Virus record (IMG/VR): IMGVR_UViG_3300027734_000038
Length of the DNA stretch: 64,000 nucleotides
Origin: a virus
Strand: one strand, 5' to 3'
The notes under the pieces were generated by a model. The model was not told the DNA's origin, did no database searches, and saw nothing but the letters and a program-made list of their open reading frames with translations. Of this stretch, positions 29,149 through 39,654 are shown in pieces (the first letter of the stretch is position 1; each line of letters starts with the position of its first letter). The position numbers and the translations under genes are program-made.

Positions 29149-30827
29149 TGAACCAAAAAGACTCTTACCGTGATAACCCCCTACTTAAAAAGGTAGGTGT
29201 TGACCATCAGTATACCAAAGAACAGATTGAAGAATATGTAAAGTGTTCTAAGGATCCTGTTTACTTTTGTATGAACTACATTAAGATTGTAAACGTGGAT
29301 GAAGGCCTCATTAACTTTAATATGTGGGACTTTCAGAAAGAAATGCTTAATCTATTCAAAGATAATCGTTTCGTTATTACCAAATGTCCTCGTCAGGTGG
29401 GTAAAACTACTACAACAGTTAGCTATCTTCTTTGGGCAACTATTTTTACCGATTCTCAAAACGTAGCCGTTCTGGCAAACAAAGGTTCACTTGCAAGAGA
29501 TATTCTATCCAAGTATCAACTGGCATATGAGAATTTACCACAATGGCTCCAACAAGGTGTGGTGACATGGAACAAGGGTAATGTAGAACTAGAGAACGGG
29601 TCTAAGGTAATCGCTGCCTCGACTTCCTCCTCTGCAATCCGAGGTGGTTCTTTTAACATTGTATTCTTAGACGAATTTGCTTTCGTGCCAAACAATATTG
29701 CCAATGAGTTCTTTAACTCAGTCTATCCTGTAATCTCCTCTGGTAAGTCCTCAAAGATTATTATTGTTTCTACACCAAATGGTATGAATCTATTCTATAA
29801 ACTATGGATGGATTCAATAGAGAAACGAAATAACTATAAAAACTTTGAAATTCATTGGTCTATGGTACCGGGTCGTGATGATGTATGGAAAGAAGAAACT
29901 ATCCGTAATACATCAGAACGACAATTTGCACAAGAGTTTGAAACGGAGTTCTTAGGTTCTTCCAACACCTTGATTTCTGGTTACAAGTTACAACAATTGA
30001 GGTACATGAACCCAATTGCAGAACATGATAAGATGAAGATATATGAACATCCTATCAAAGAAGGACAGAATGATGAAAAGTCTGACCACTTATATGCAAT
30101 GACGGTTGATGTATCTGAAGGTAAAAATTTAGACAGTTCTACATTCTCAATATTTGATATATCTACCACACCATACAGGCAAGTGGCTACATATTCTAGT
30201 TCATCAATATCACCTATATTATTCCCAACGGTAATTGTCAATGCGGCTAGAGTATATAATGATGCCTATATTTTGATTGAAATCAATAACAATCCACAAG
30301 TGGCAGACTTTATTCATTCAGATTTAGAATATGAGAATCTATTGAAAGTCTTTACTGGCAATAAAAAACCACAACAGTTGTCTGCTGGTTTTGCCAGAGG
30401 TGTTCAAATGGGACTGAAAATGTCTCCTCAGGTCAAAGCGGTGGGTTGTTCTAACCTTAAAACTTTGATTGAAGGTGATAAGTTATTAATTAATGACTTT
30501 GACACTTACTCAGAGTTAACCACTTTTGAACAACATAAAACCTCATTTGCCGCTGCGGAAGGTGCAAATGATGATATGGCGATGACTTTGGTCATCTTTG
30601 CATGGGCAACAACACAGGCCTACTTCAGAGAAATTGTCAACCATGATTTGAGAAAACAGATTCAGTTGGAAAACATGAATCAAATAGATGAAGATGTTTT
30701 ACCCGAACCTATCATAGAAGATGGTTTACAACATGATTTTATGGTAGAAGGCGGTGATGTATGGGAAGTTGCTGGTGGAGGTGATACATATGCATCATAT
30801 CACCATAGTTTCTTTAAGGACTTGTAA
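29148..30827 (+). CDS. gp17: terminase large subunit
   Basis: PRQVGKT Walker A, IVFLDEFAF Walker B, STPNG, nuclease acidic residues. Confidence 0.97.
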   Translation: MNQKDSYRDNPLLKKVGVDHQYTKEQIEEYVKCSKDPVYFCMNYIKIVNVDEGLINFNMWDFQKEMLNLFKDNRFVITKCPRQVGKTTTTVSYLLWATIFTDSQNVAVLANKGSLARDILSKYQLAYENLPQWLQQGVVTWNKGNVELENGSKVIAASTSSSAIRGGSFNIVFLDEFAFVPNNIANEFFNSVYPVISSGKSSKIIIVSTPNGMNLFYKLWMDSIEKRNNYKNFEIHWSMVPGRDDVWKEETIRNTSERQFAQEFETEFLGSSNTLISGYKLQQLRYMNPIAEHDKMKIYEHPIKEGQNDEKSDHLYAMTVDVSEGKNLDSSTFSIFDISTTPYRQVATYSSSSISPILFPTVIVNAARVYNDAYILIEINNNPQVADFIHSDLEYENLLKVFTGNKKPQQLSAGFARGVQMGLKMSPQVKAVGCSNLKTLIEGDKLLINDFDTYSELTTFEQHKTSFAAAEGANDDMAMTLVIFAWATTQAYFREIVNHDLRKQIQLENMNQIDEDVLPEPIIEDGLQHDFMVEGGDVWEVAGGGDTYASYHHSFFKDL

Positions 30828-30838
30828 ATCCTATGAAT

Positions 30839-30846
30839 CATAAATA
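30839..30846 (+). promoter_or_regulatory. late promoter (CATAAATA)
   Basis: T4 late -10 variant upstream of gp18. Confidence 0.6.
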
Positions 30847-30898
30847 TCAATATGGTATTTTAACTGCCAAGAACACATAATAATTCAAGGAGAATAAA

Positions 30899-32599
30899 AT
30901 GGCGTTTCAAATCTCTCCAGGCGTAAATGTTTCCGAGGTCGACTTAACAACAGTCGTCCCATCGGTACTAACTACGGCCGGTGCTTTTGCTGGAACCTTT
31001 GCGTGGGGTCCTGCAAATCAAGTAATTCTAGTAGACAATGAGCTAACTTTCAAACAAATATTTGGTAGTCCAAATGCAAATTCGTTTGTGTCTTATTTTA
31101 CTGCTGCCAGTTTTTTAGCTTATGGTAATAATTTAAGTGTTGTTCGTGCTATCAATGGTAGTTCAAATAATGCCGTTGCCAACACATCAACTGTAAATTC
31201 CACACAAATTGCAAACGAAGAACAATACGAAAATACTATTTTAAACGTCGATAAAAATAACCTTTACGGTGCTTTTATGGCTCGTTATCCTGGTTCTTTA
31301 GGTAATTCTTTATCAGTTTCTATATGCGCCAACACTACTTTGTTTACCTCTTGGTCATATAAATCATATTTCACATCTGCTCCCGGCACTTCAGAATACG
31401 CAACAGATGTAGGTGGTTCAAACGATGAAGTTCACATTGTTGTTATTGATGCAGGCGGCAAATTTACAGGCACTCAAGGAACAGTTTTAGAAGTTTATCC
31501 ATTTGTATCCAAAGCATATGATGCATCTTTAAATGGTCAAACAAATTATTACAAACAAGTTTTGTTTAATAATTCACAATATGTTTATGCTGTAGATCCT
31601 CCAAGTTATTCTACCACAAAAAATAACTGGTTTACATCAGCAGCAAATACAACCTATGTTAGTTTGACAACTAATCAGACTTTACCTTTAAGTTATGGTA
31701 ATGAATCGACTGTAACAAACGGAAATTTACAAACATCTTACGATTTGTTTGCCAATAAAGAATTGATTGATATTTCATTAGTTCTAACTGGTGATGCTAA
31801 TACAGTTGTTCAACAATATGTAATTGATAACATTGTCAACTCTCGTAAAGATTGTGTGGCATTTATTTCACCTCCATACAATGCATTGGATAATTCTGTT
31901 GCAGCTAATCAAATTACTGGTGTTCAAAACTGGTTAACAAGTTTGGCTCGTTCAAGTTCATATGTGGTTGCCGACTCTGGTTGGAAATATATGTATGACA
32001 AGTATAACAATACCTATCGTTGGATTCCATTGAATGGTGACATTGCTGGTCTGTGTGTCAATACAGATACAGTTCGTGACCCATGGTATTCACCTGCTGG
32101 TTTCAATCGTGGCCAAATTAAAAATGCTATTAAATTACTTTGGAGTCCAAGTAAAACATATCGTGATACATTGTATGCCGCAGGTGTAAATCCTGTTGTA
32201 TCTTTCCCCGGTCAAGGTATTGTTTTGTTTGGTGATAAAACACTACAAAGTAAACCATCTGCATTTGACCGTATCAATGTCCGTAGATTGTTTATTGTTC
32301 TTGAAAAATCAATTGCTCAGGCTGCTCAATTTTCATTATTTGAGTTTAACGATGAATTTACCCGTGCTCAGTTTGTGGCATTAGTAACTCCGTTCTTGCG
32401 AGATGTTCAAGGTCGCCGTGGTATCTATGACTTCCGTGTTGTTTGTGATACAACAAATAATACACCACAAATCATTGATACTAACCAGTTTGTTGGTGAC
32501 ATCTACATCAAGCCTGCTCGTTCTATCAACTTCATCCAATTGAATTTTGTTGCAGTTGGAACTGGTGTTGACTTCACAACAATCGTTGGTGCAGCTTAA
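30899..32599 (+). CDS. gp18: tail sheath protein
   Basis: SPGV...E.DLT, PWYSPAG, FDRINVRRLF, YIKPARSINFIQLNF. Confidence 0.97.
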   Translation: MAFQISPGVNVSEVDLTTVVPSVLTTAGAFAGTFAWGPANQVILVDNELTFKQIFGSPNANSFVSYFTAASFLAYGNNLSVVRAINGSSNNAVANTSTVNSTQIANEEQYENTILNVDKNNLYGAFMARYPGSLGNSLSVSICANTTLFTSWSYKSYFTSAPGTSEYATDVGGSNDEVHIVVIDAGGKFTGTQGTVLEVYPFVSKAYDASLNGQTNYYKQVLFNNSQYVYAVDPPSYSTTKNNWFTSAANTTYVSLTTNQTLPLSYGNESTVTNGNLQTSYDLFANKELIDISLVLTGDANTVVQQYVIDNIVNSRKDCVAFISPPYNALDNSVAANQITGVQNWLTSLARSSSYVVADSGWKYMYDKYNNTYRWIPLNGDIAGLCVNTDTVRDPWYSPAGFNRGQIKNAIKLLWSPSKTYRDTLYAAGVNPVVSFPGQGIVLFGDKTLQSKPSAFDRINVRRLFIVLEKSIAQAAQFSLFEFNDEFTRAQFVALVTPFLRDVQGRRGIYDFRVVCDTTNNTPQIIDTNQFVGDIYIKPARSINFIQLNFVAVGTGVDFTTIVGAA

Positions 32600-32627
32600 T
32601 AAATAACCACGATATAGGAGAAAACAA

Positions 32628-33170
32628 ATGGCATTCAATGTAGCAGAATTTAGAGCAAATATGATTGGTGACGGTGCCCGTCCCAATCTATTTCAGGTCT
32701 CTTTAACATTCCCGACAGTTGCAACCAACGGCTCAGCCGCTGCTCAGAAAACAACATTCATGGCAAAAACAGCACAGTTACCAGGTTCTACCGTAGGTAC
32801 TGTGCCTGTGTTTTATTTTGGTCGTGAGTTAAAGTTTGCTGGTAATCGTACCTTTACAGACTGGACATTACAGATTATCAATGACGAGGACTTTGTAGTT
32901 CGTAACGCTCTCGAATCATGGATGAACGCTATTAACAGTCATACAAGCAATGTGCGTAATGGATCAGCAGTTAACCCAGCAGGTTATACAGTTGATGCAA
33001 CAGTTACGCAATATGGTAAATCTGGTAACGAATTGAAATCTTATAAGTTTGTAGGTTTATTCCCACTTGATGTTGCACCAATTGATTTGGATTGGGGTTC
33101 TAACGATGTGATTGAAGAATATTCAACAACGTTCGCTTTCCAATATTGGGAATCAAATACTACCACTTAA
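32628..33170 (+). CDS. gp19: tail tube protein
   Basis: GARPNLF, GRELKFAG.RTF.DW; position; AATAAATA at 32598. Confidence 0.95.
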   Translation: MAFNVAEFRANMIGDGARPNLFQVSLTFPTVATNGSAAAQKTTFMAKTAQLPGSTVGTVPVFYFGRELKFAGNRTFTDWTLQIINDEDFVVRNALESWMNAINSHTSNVRNGSAVNPAGYTVDATVTQYGKSGNELKSYKFVGLFPLDVAPIDLDWGSNDVIEEYSTTFAFQYWESNTTT

Positions 33171-33182
33171 TATGTTTTTGTT

Positions 33183-33210
33183 TGAGGGACTTCGGTCCCT
33201 CATTTATGTT
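33183..33210 (+). terminator. intrinsic terminator / UUCG hairpin
   Basis: TGAGGGAC-TTCG-GTCCCTCA followed by T-rich tail. Confidence 0.75.
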
Positions 33211-33235
33211 TAATTGAATTGGAATAATATAAAAT

Positions 33236-34915
33236 ATGGCAGCTACTAATAAATTCTCTCTCTTTGGTTTTGAGATTGCTCGTAAGAAGTCAGAAGATGA
33301 GCAAGCTCAACAACCTTCTTTTACACCACCTTCTAATGAGGATGGTGCATTAACTATTTCATCTGCGGCTTATTATGGTACATATGTTGACCTAGATGGC
33401 ACCGCAAAGAATGAAGTAGAGTTAATTTCTCGTTATCGTGAAATGGCAATGCAACCAGAGATTGAATCAGCTATCGATGATATTATGAATGAAGCCATTG
33501 TGCAAGACGATGATGGTAAAATTATCGAGATTGTGTTGGACGATTTAGACCAACCAGAAAAAATTAAAAAGGCAATCAAAGAAGAATTTCATACCATATT
33601 GCGATTGCTTAATTACAAGAATATGGCACAAGATATCTTCCGCCGTTATTATATTGACGGCAGGTTATATTACAATGTGCTTATCGATAAAGAAAATCCA
33701 ATTGCTGGTATTAAAGAATTACGGTATATTGATCCACGCAAGCTTCGTAAAGTTCGTGAGCTCAAAAAGAAAAAAGATGAAAGAACCGGTGCCGAGATTG
33801 TAGATGTATTCAATGAATACTACATTTTTAATGACAAAGTGGTATCCGGTTCTTCTTCTAGTTATGGTCCAGTTGGTGTTCGTATTACACTAGATTCTAT
33901 TGTTTCTGTTGTATCCGGTTTGATGGACTCTCGCCGTGCTGTGGTATTATCATACCTACACAAGGCAATCAAACCACTTAATCAATTACGCATGATTGAG
34001 GATGCAACAGTTATCTATCGTATCTCACGTGCACCAGAACGCCGTATATTTTATATTGATGTAGGTAATTTACCTAAATTAAAGGCCGAACAATATCTGC
34101 GTGATATTATGGTCAAGTATAAGAACAAGTTGGTCTATGATGCACAGACTGGTGAAGTCCGTGATGACCGTAAATTTTTATCTATGATGGAAGATTTTTG
34201 GTTGCCTCGCCGTGAAGGTGGAAAAGGCACAGAGATTACTACACTACCTGGTGGCCAAAACTTAGGTGAGTTGGAAGATGTTAAATACTTTCAAAAGAAA
34301 TTATATAACTCATTAAGTGTACCTATTTCTCGTTTAGAACCAAATCAAGGATTCTCGATTGGTCGTGTTGCAGAAGTAACTCGTGACGAATTGAAGTTTG
34401 CAAAGTTTGTTGACCGTTTGCGTAATAAGTTTTCTGATATCTTTAATCAGGCATTACGAGTTCAATGTGTATTAAAAGGTATCTGTACCGCTGATGAATG
34501 GGACCAATTTAAAGAACATATCTATTATGATTTCATTAAAGACAATAACTTTAGTGAACTAAAAGATGCCGAATTGATGAGAGAAAGATTATCTCTCTTG
34601 TCAGCTGTGGATCCTTATACAGGTCGTTACTTCTCACAAGCATGGATTCAGCGTAATGTATTGCGTTTAACAGATGACCAAATTAAAGAAATGCAAACTG
34701 AAATTGATGAAGAAAAAGAAATTGGTATGGGTTTACCAGTTGGTGTTATGAATGATGTGGCACAACAACAGTTGATGTCACAAGTACCAAACCAACCAAT
34801 GAATCCAGCTGATGCAGAACACCAAATGGAACTGCAAAAAAGAGAAGCACAACAGAATCAGACACAAGAAGAAAAGTCGCCTGGTACTTTTGTTAAATTG
34901 AAACAAATATTATAA
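33236..34915 (+). CDS. gp20: portal protein
   Basis: LHKAIKPLNQLRMIEDA.VIYRISRAPERRIFYIDVGNLP, EDFWLPRREGGKGTEI. Confidence 0.98.
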   Translation: MAATNKFSLFGFEIARKKSEDEQAQQPSFTPPSNEDGALTISSAAYYGTYVDLDGTAKNEVELISRYREMAMQPEIESAIDDIMNEAIVQDDDGKIIEIVLDDLDQPEKIKKAIKEEFHTILRLLNYKNMAQDIFRRYYIDGRLYYNVLIDKENPIAGIKELRYIDPRKLRKVRELKKKKDERTGAEIVDVFNEYYIFNDKVVSGSSSSYGPVGVRITLDSIVSVVSGLMDSRRAVVLSYLHKAIKPLNQLRMIEDATVIYRISRAPERRIFYIDVGNLPKLKAEQYLRDIMVKYKNKLVYDAQTGEVRDDRKFLSMMEDFWLPRREGGKGTEITTLPGGQNLGELEDVKYFQKKLYNSLSVPISRLEPNQGFSIGRVAEVTRDELKFAKFVDRLRNKFSDIFNQALRVQCVLKGICTADEWDQFKEHIYYDFIKDNNFSELKDAELMRERLSLLSAVDPYTGRYFSQAWIQRNVLRLTDDQIKEMQTEIDEEKEIGMGLPVGVMNDVAQQQLMSQVPNQPMNPADAEHQMELQKREAQQNQTQEEKSPGTFVKLKQIL

Positions 34916-34918
34916 ATA
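34911..34918 (+). promoter_or_regulatory. late promoter TATAAATA
   Basis: Exact T4 late consensus. Confidence 0.7.
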
Positions 34919-34935
34919 TTTAAATTGGAGATAAA

Positions 34936-35130
34936 ATGGCAGATACAAGACAAATTATAGATTATGCGGCAGAAGATAACGCTAAAGAAATGCGTGATGC
35001 ATTATATGCTGATATTCATGACCGTGTGATGAATCATTTAGGTGCAGCTAAACAAGCAGTAGCGCAAAATATTTTTGCTCAAGAAGAAGAAGAAACGCAA
35101 CCAGAGGATAATTTAGGTGAAAACACTTAA
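34936..35130 (+). CDS. small prohead core protein (gp67-like by position)
   Basis: Acidic C-terminus; directly after portal. Confidence 0.5.
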   Translation: MADTRQIIDYAAEDNAKEMRDALYADIHDRVMNHLGAAKQAVAQNIFAQEEEETQPEDNLGENT

Positions 35131-35344
35131 AGAACTACGCTCTTTGAACGAAAAGGAAGACCATGGTTTGCCTATGGATCCTCCTGCCGTTTTAATTATG
35201 AAACGAAAGTCTATTAGACAGTTTCCAAACAATCAAAGAGTGGCTCTTTACTATGTGGATAAGATTAATAAATATGTAACAGTTCCATATACATCTATGC
35301 AATGGTCCTCAACAGGTAGCATGGACGAAGAAACCGAAAATTAA
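35117..35344 (+). CDS. hypothetical head-cluster protein
   Basis: DPPAVLIMKRKSIRQFP motif; RBS. Confidence 0.55.
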   Translation: MKTLKELRSLNEKEDHGLPMDPPAVLIMKRKSIRQFPNNQRVALYYVDKINKYVTVPYTSMQWSSTGSMDEETEN

Positions 35345-35357
35345 TTAGGATAAAAAA

Positions 35358-35894
35358 ATGGCAACATCAAATAGCACACAAATTTTAGTCGATACAACAA
35401 AACGCACCGTAATTAAACGGGTTGGTATTTTTGATGCCGCTGGCGGAAACGAAGCGTTAACAGTTGTTATTGATCCACGAGCTTTGTCTGGTGCTTTAAA
35501 TGCTAATAACTTACCTTATCAAACAGGTAATACAACTGCACCTGGTTTTGCCAATTCAGCGTTTACGATTTCTCGTGTTATCTATAATGTTGATGCTGAA
35601 GTTGGACATCTGCAATTAAAATGGCAAGGCACAACATCTGATGCCACAATTTTTGCTTTAGGTGTTGGTTCAGGTGATACAAATCCACAATATCAATTGC
35701 CTGCAATTACAAATAATGCCGTTGGACCTACAGGCAATGTAACAATTACAACCGTTGGTACCACAAGTAATGCTGCTTACACATTAATTATTGAATTACA
35801 TAAAGACAATCGTTTCTATAGTTCTGGCCAGTTTACTGATCCAGCTGCATTTAACTATCCTCCATATGGTGTAACTCCAACATCGAGAGAATAA
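35358..35894 (+). CDS. putative virion structural protein
   Basis: Beta-rich; late head cluster. Confidence 0.55.
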   Translation: MATSNSTQILVDTTKRTVIKRVGIFDAAGGNEALTVVIDPRALSGALNANNLPYQTGNTTAPGFANSAFTISRVIYNVDAEVGHLQLKWQGTTSDATIFALGVGSGDTNPQYQLPAITNNAVGPTGNVTITTVGTTSNAAYTLIIELHKDNRFYSSGQFTDPAAFNYPPYGVTPTSRE

Positions 35895-36322
35895 TGCAAG
35901 GTTTTATTTCTAAACTATTGCAGAATAAAATAGTTGAAGCAAAAGAAATTTTGAATCAACGCATACAAGATTTGGTTAATGAAAAAGTTAACCAAGTTAA
36001 ACTGCGTTTGGCGGCTGAAATGTATGATGATTTTGAAGTTGAAGAAGAAGAACTGTCTGAAGCCAATGTGCAAAGGATGGGAAGAACTAAACTTATTCGT
36101 GTAAGATTCCGTGCTGGAAAAGTTCAACGGAGAGTTAAGAAGTCAGCAGTACCAGGTTTTACAATTCGTGGTGGCAAACTTATAAGAATGTCACCACAAG
36201 AACGCAGGCACCGTAAAATGGCGGCACGACGTTCTAAGTTTAAAAGGCGTTCTAAGTTAAGACAAGCGTTACGAAAAAGAACGATGACATTAAGAAAACG
36301 AAAAGCAATGGGGCTACAATGA
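35894..36322 (+). CDS. prohead core protein (gp68-like)
   Basis: Acidic middle and very basic C-terminus; precedes gp21. Confidence 0.65.
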   Translation: MQGFISKLLQNKIVEAKEILNQRIQDLVNEKVNQVKLRLAAEMYDDFEVEEEELSEANVQRMGRTKLIRVRFRAGKVQRRVKKSAVPGFTIRGGKLIRMSPQERRHRKMAARRSKFKRRSKLRQALRKRTMTLRKRKAMGLQ

Positions 36323-36963
36323 AGTTAATAACAGAAGTCACCGAATCATTACAATATCTTGCTGAAGAAAAAGACGGCAAGAAAACTTTGTTTATCGAAG
36401 GTCCATTTCTCCAAGCAGAAGTGGTAAACCGTAATGGCCGCAAATATCTCAAAGAGACCATGGCCAAAGAAGTAGAAAGATACACAGAACAATATATTAA
36501 TAAAAATCGTGCCTTTGGTGAGCTGGGTCATCCAGACACCCCATCTATCAATCTAGATAGAGTATCTCACATGGTCGTGGGTCTCCGTCAAGAAGGTAAT
36601 GATTGGATAGGCAAAGCAAAAATTCTTGACACACCTATGGGTAACATAGTTAAGAGTCTTATCGAAGGTGGTGCACAAATTGGTGTGTCCTCCCGTGGTA
36701 TGGGTTCTCTTAAATCCGTTAATGGTGTTAACATAGTTCAAGATGATTTTCATCTAGCCACAGCGGCGGATATTGTAGCAGACCCTTCTGCTCCAAATGC
36801 TTTCGTTCAAGGTATCATGGAAGGCAAAGAATGGGTGATGGTAAACGGTGTATGGACTGAACAACAATATACTCAGGCCAAGAAGATGATTCAAGAAGCT
36901 TCTAAGGCGGATATAGAGAAAGTAAGTCTACGCATTTGGGAATCACTCGTCAAAAAACTTTAA
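36319..36963 (+). CDS. gp21: prohead protease
   Basis: MKLITE, NRNGR.Y, GELGHP, GVSSRG.GS, ADIVADPSAP.AFV. Confidence 0.96.
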   Translation: MKLITEVTESLQYLAEEKDGKKTLFIEGPFLQAEVVNRNGRKYLKETMAKEVERYTEQYINKNRAFGELGHPDTPSINLDRVSHMVVGLRQEGNDWIGKAKILDTPMGNIVKSLIEGGAQIGVSSRGMGSLKSVNGVNIVQDDFHLATAADIVADPSAPNAFVQGIMEGKEWVMVNGVWTEQQYTQAKKMIQEASKADIEKVSLRIWESLVKKL

Positions 36964-36964
36964 A

Positions 36965-36972
36965 TATAAATA
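36965..36972 (+). promoter_or_regulatory. late promoter TATAAATA
   Basis: Exact consensus upstream of gp22. Confidence 0.75.
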
Positions 36973-37000
36973 TCCAATATAAATCAAGGAGATTTTCAAA

Positions 37001-38191
37001 ATGGGAAAATTTAATCTGTCCGAAGCCGCTAAAGACATTCTTTCGGGTAATGTTTCTGGTAAACAAAGTGGCCAAGATAAACCAGCAAAACTATCTGGTG
37101 ATGTAGCCTATGGCACCGGTGAAGTAGATATCGGTTCCGTATCACTCAAAACAACCGATGCACTTCCTGACTACACAAAAGGTACGCCATCAGCCACACC
37201 TCCTGGTGCTAAACCACCCGTTGGTTCTGAGCCAGCAAAGAAACTTAAAGGTCAACCACAAGAATCTGATGGTGCTGCAATTGAGCAACCTGAAGGCAAA
37301 ACTGGTAAAAACGAAATGCCTTTAAATAAAGGTTCTGTTGGCGTTCAACAATACGAAGAAACCGAATCTGACGAAGAAGTAGTGGCCGAAGAAAAAGAAG
37401 AAGGTCACGAAGATGAGGCACAAGATAAGGCAATGATGAAAAAAATGAAAATGAAAGAAAAAATGAAAGAAGATATGGATGCCATGTTCACAGGCGAAAA
37501 TCTTTCTGAAGAATTTGTTTCTAAAGCAACTACTATTTTTGAAGCTGCCGTTCTTGCTCGTGCAGAAGAAGTTATTGCTGAAGCTGAAGCTGAATTAGTA
37601 GAACAGTTTGAAGCTGCCATTGAAGAAGTTAAAGAAGATTTGGCTGTTAAGGTTGATGACTATCTCAACTACATGGTTGAAGAATGGGTCAAAGACAACG
37701 AAATCGCAATCGAAAAAGGCCTCCGTGCCGAAATCGTTGAAGATTTTATTACAGGATTAAAAGGTTTGTTTGAAGAGCATTACATTGACATTCCTACCGA
37801 CAAGGTAGATGTTGTTGAAGAACTCACTTCTAAAGTTGAAGAACTTGAAGAAGCTTACAACGAACAAATCAAATCTGCCATTGAGATGAAGAAAGAACTC
37901 AATGAGCACAAAAAGTTTGAGGCTATTTACGCAGCTTGTGAAGGCCTTACGCAGACTCAAGTAGAAAAGCTGAAATCACTTGCAGAAGGTGTAGAGTTCA
38001 CTACTGATGAAGAATTTGGTACTAAACTATCAACATTGAAAGAATCATATTTCAAGTCTGATGTTAAAGTTGCTGATTCATCTGCTTTAGACGAAGTATT
38101 GGTAGAAGAAGAAAAGAAAGAGAAAATTATCTCTGATGATCCATCTATCAATATCTATGCAAAAACCATTTCACAAACCATGGTTAAGTAA
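37001..38191 (+). CDS. gp22: prohead scaffold protein
   Basis: LSEEF..KA.TIFEAAV, VD.YLNY.VEEW..DNE.AIE.G. Confidence 0.92.
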   Translation: MGKFNLSEAAKDILSGNVSGKQSGQDKPAKLSGDVAYGTGEVDIGSVSLKTTDALPDYTKGTPSATPPGAKPPVGSEPAKKLKGQPQESDGAAIEQPEGKTGKNEMPLNKGSVGVQQYEETESDEEVVAEEKEEGHEDEAQDKAMMKKMKMKEKMKEDMDAMFTGENLSEEFVSKATTIFEAAVLARAEEVIAEAEAELVEQFEAAIEEVKEDLAVKVDDYLNYMVEEWVKDNEIAIEKGLRAEIVEDFITGLKGLFEEHYIDIPTDKVDVVEELTSKVEELEEAYNEQIKSAIEMKKELNEHKKFEAIYAACEGLTQTQVEKLKSLAEGVEFTTDEEFGTKLSTLKESYFKSDVKVADSSALDEVLVEEEKKEKIISDDPSINIYAKTISQTMVK

Positions 38192-38225
38192 TTAACCTAA
38201 CAATACATATAAAAAGGAATAAAAA

Positions 38226-39557
38226 ATGTATTTGACAGAAGAACTACAAAAGAAATGGCAGCCTGTTCTTGAGCATCCAGAACTCGAAGCCATCAAAGAC
38301 CCATACAAGAAAGCTGTAACAGCTCTTGTTTTGGAAAACCAACAACAAGCAATGCGTCAAGACCGTCTTGCTTTGAACGAAATCGCCGAACCAGGTCCTA
38401 CAAACGTAACTGGTGGTGTTCAAAACTTTGACCCAATCTTGATTTCTTTGGTTCGCCGTGCATTACCAAATCTTATCGCTTATGACGTTGCTGGCGTTCA
38501 GCCAATGACTGGTCCTACCGGTTTGATTTTTGCAATGCGTGCTAAGTATGTTAACCAAACTGGTGACGAGGCATTCTTCAACGAAGCGAACACAATGTTC
38601 TCTGGTGTTGGTTCTGCTAACAACCCATACGGTTTCCGTGGTACAACTGCAACTGACACAGGTACAAATCCTATTGTTTCTGCAACTTTGGCCGCTAACA
38701 CCTACACAACTGGTATTGGAATGCCAACAGCTACTGCTGAATACCTTGGTTCTGACGGTAACACAGCATTTGCACAGATGGCCTTCTCTATTGAGAAAGT
38801 TACTGTAACTGCTCAAAGCCGTGCATTAAAGGCCGAGTATTCACTAGAACTTGCACAAGACTTGAAAGCAATTCATGGTCTTGACGCTGAAACAGAATTG
38901 TCAAACATTCTGTCTACAGAAGTTCTCGCTGAAATCAACCGTGAAGTTATCCGTACCATCTATACTGTTGCCGTTCCAGGTGCTCAGTATGGTACAACAA
39001 CAGCAGGTTTCTTTGACTTAGATACAGACTCAAACGGCCGTTGGTCAGTTGAGCGTTTCAAAGGTCTAATTTTCCAAATCGAGCGTGATGCTAACGTAAT
39101 TGCTAAGCAGACTCGCCGTGGAAAAGGTAACGTGTTAATTGTTTCTTCTGACGTTGCTTCTGCTATGGCAATGGCTGGTGTATTGCAATATACTCCTGCT
39201 CTCCAAGCTGACTTGCAAGTAGATGACACAGGCAACACATTTGCTGGTTTGTTACACGGTCGTATCAAGGTTTACATTGACCCATACTTCGGTGGATACA
39301 CATCTAACCAAGAACTCGTAACTATCGGTTACAAAGGTTCTTCACCATACGATGCTGGTTTGTTCTATTGCCCATACGTTCCATTGCAAATGGTTCGTGC
39401 TGTAGACCAGTATACATTCCAACCAAAGATTGGTTTCAAGACTCGTTACGGAATGGTATCAAACCCATTCGCAGAAGGTCTAGGCGCTGGTTTGGGTGGT
39501 TTGAATGCTCGTACCAACAAATACTATCGTATTTTCGGTGTCAAGAACTTGATGTAA
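38226..39557 (+). CDS. gp23: major capsid protein
   Basis: GVQPMTGPTGLIFAMR, SRALKAEYSLELAQDLKAIHGLDAE, FQPKIGFKTRYG. Confidence 0.99.
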   Translation: MYLTEELQKKWQPVLEHPELEAIKDPYKKAVTALVLENQQQAMRQDRLALNEIAEPGPTNVTGGVQNFDPILISLVRRALPNLIAYDVAGVQPMTGPTGLIFAMRAKYVNQTGDEAFFNEANTMFSGVGSANNPYGFRGTTATDTGTNPIVSATLAANTYTTGIGMPTATAEYLGSDGNTAFAQMAFSIEKVTVTAQSRALKAEYSLELAQDLKAIHGLDAETELSNILSTEVLAEINREVIRTIYTVAVPGAQYGTTTAGFFDLDTDSNGRWSVERFKGLIFQIERDANVIAKQTRRGKGNVLIVSSDVASAMAMAGVLQYTPALQADLQVDDTGNTFAGLLHGRIKVYIDPYFGGYTSNQELVTIGYKGSSPYDAGLFYCPYVPLQMVRAVDQYTFQPKIGFKTRYGMVSNPFAEGLGAGLGGLNARTNKYYRIFGVKNLM

Positions 39558-39587
39558 TAAAAAAAGTCATCGCAAGAATGACATTTC

Positions 39588-39617
39588 AAGAGACCTCTTC
39601 GGAGGTCTCTTTTTTTT
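39588..39617 (+). terminator. intrinsic terminator after gp23
   Basis: AAGAGACCTC-TTCG-GAGGTCTCTT plus poly-T. Confidence 0.9.
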
Positions 39618-39620
39618 GGA

Positions 39621-39628
39621 CCTAAATA
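39621..39628 (+). promoter_or_regulatory. putative late promoter (CCTAAATA)
   Basis: Immediately after the terminator, upstream of gp3. Confidence 0.55.
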
Positions 39629-39654
39629 CCTGTATATCTTATTAGAGAAATACT

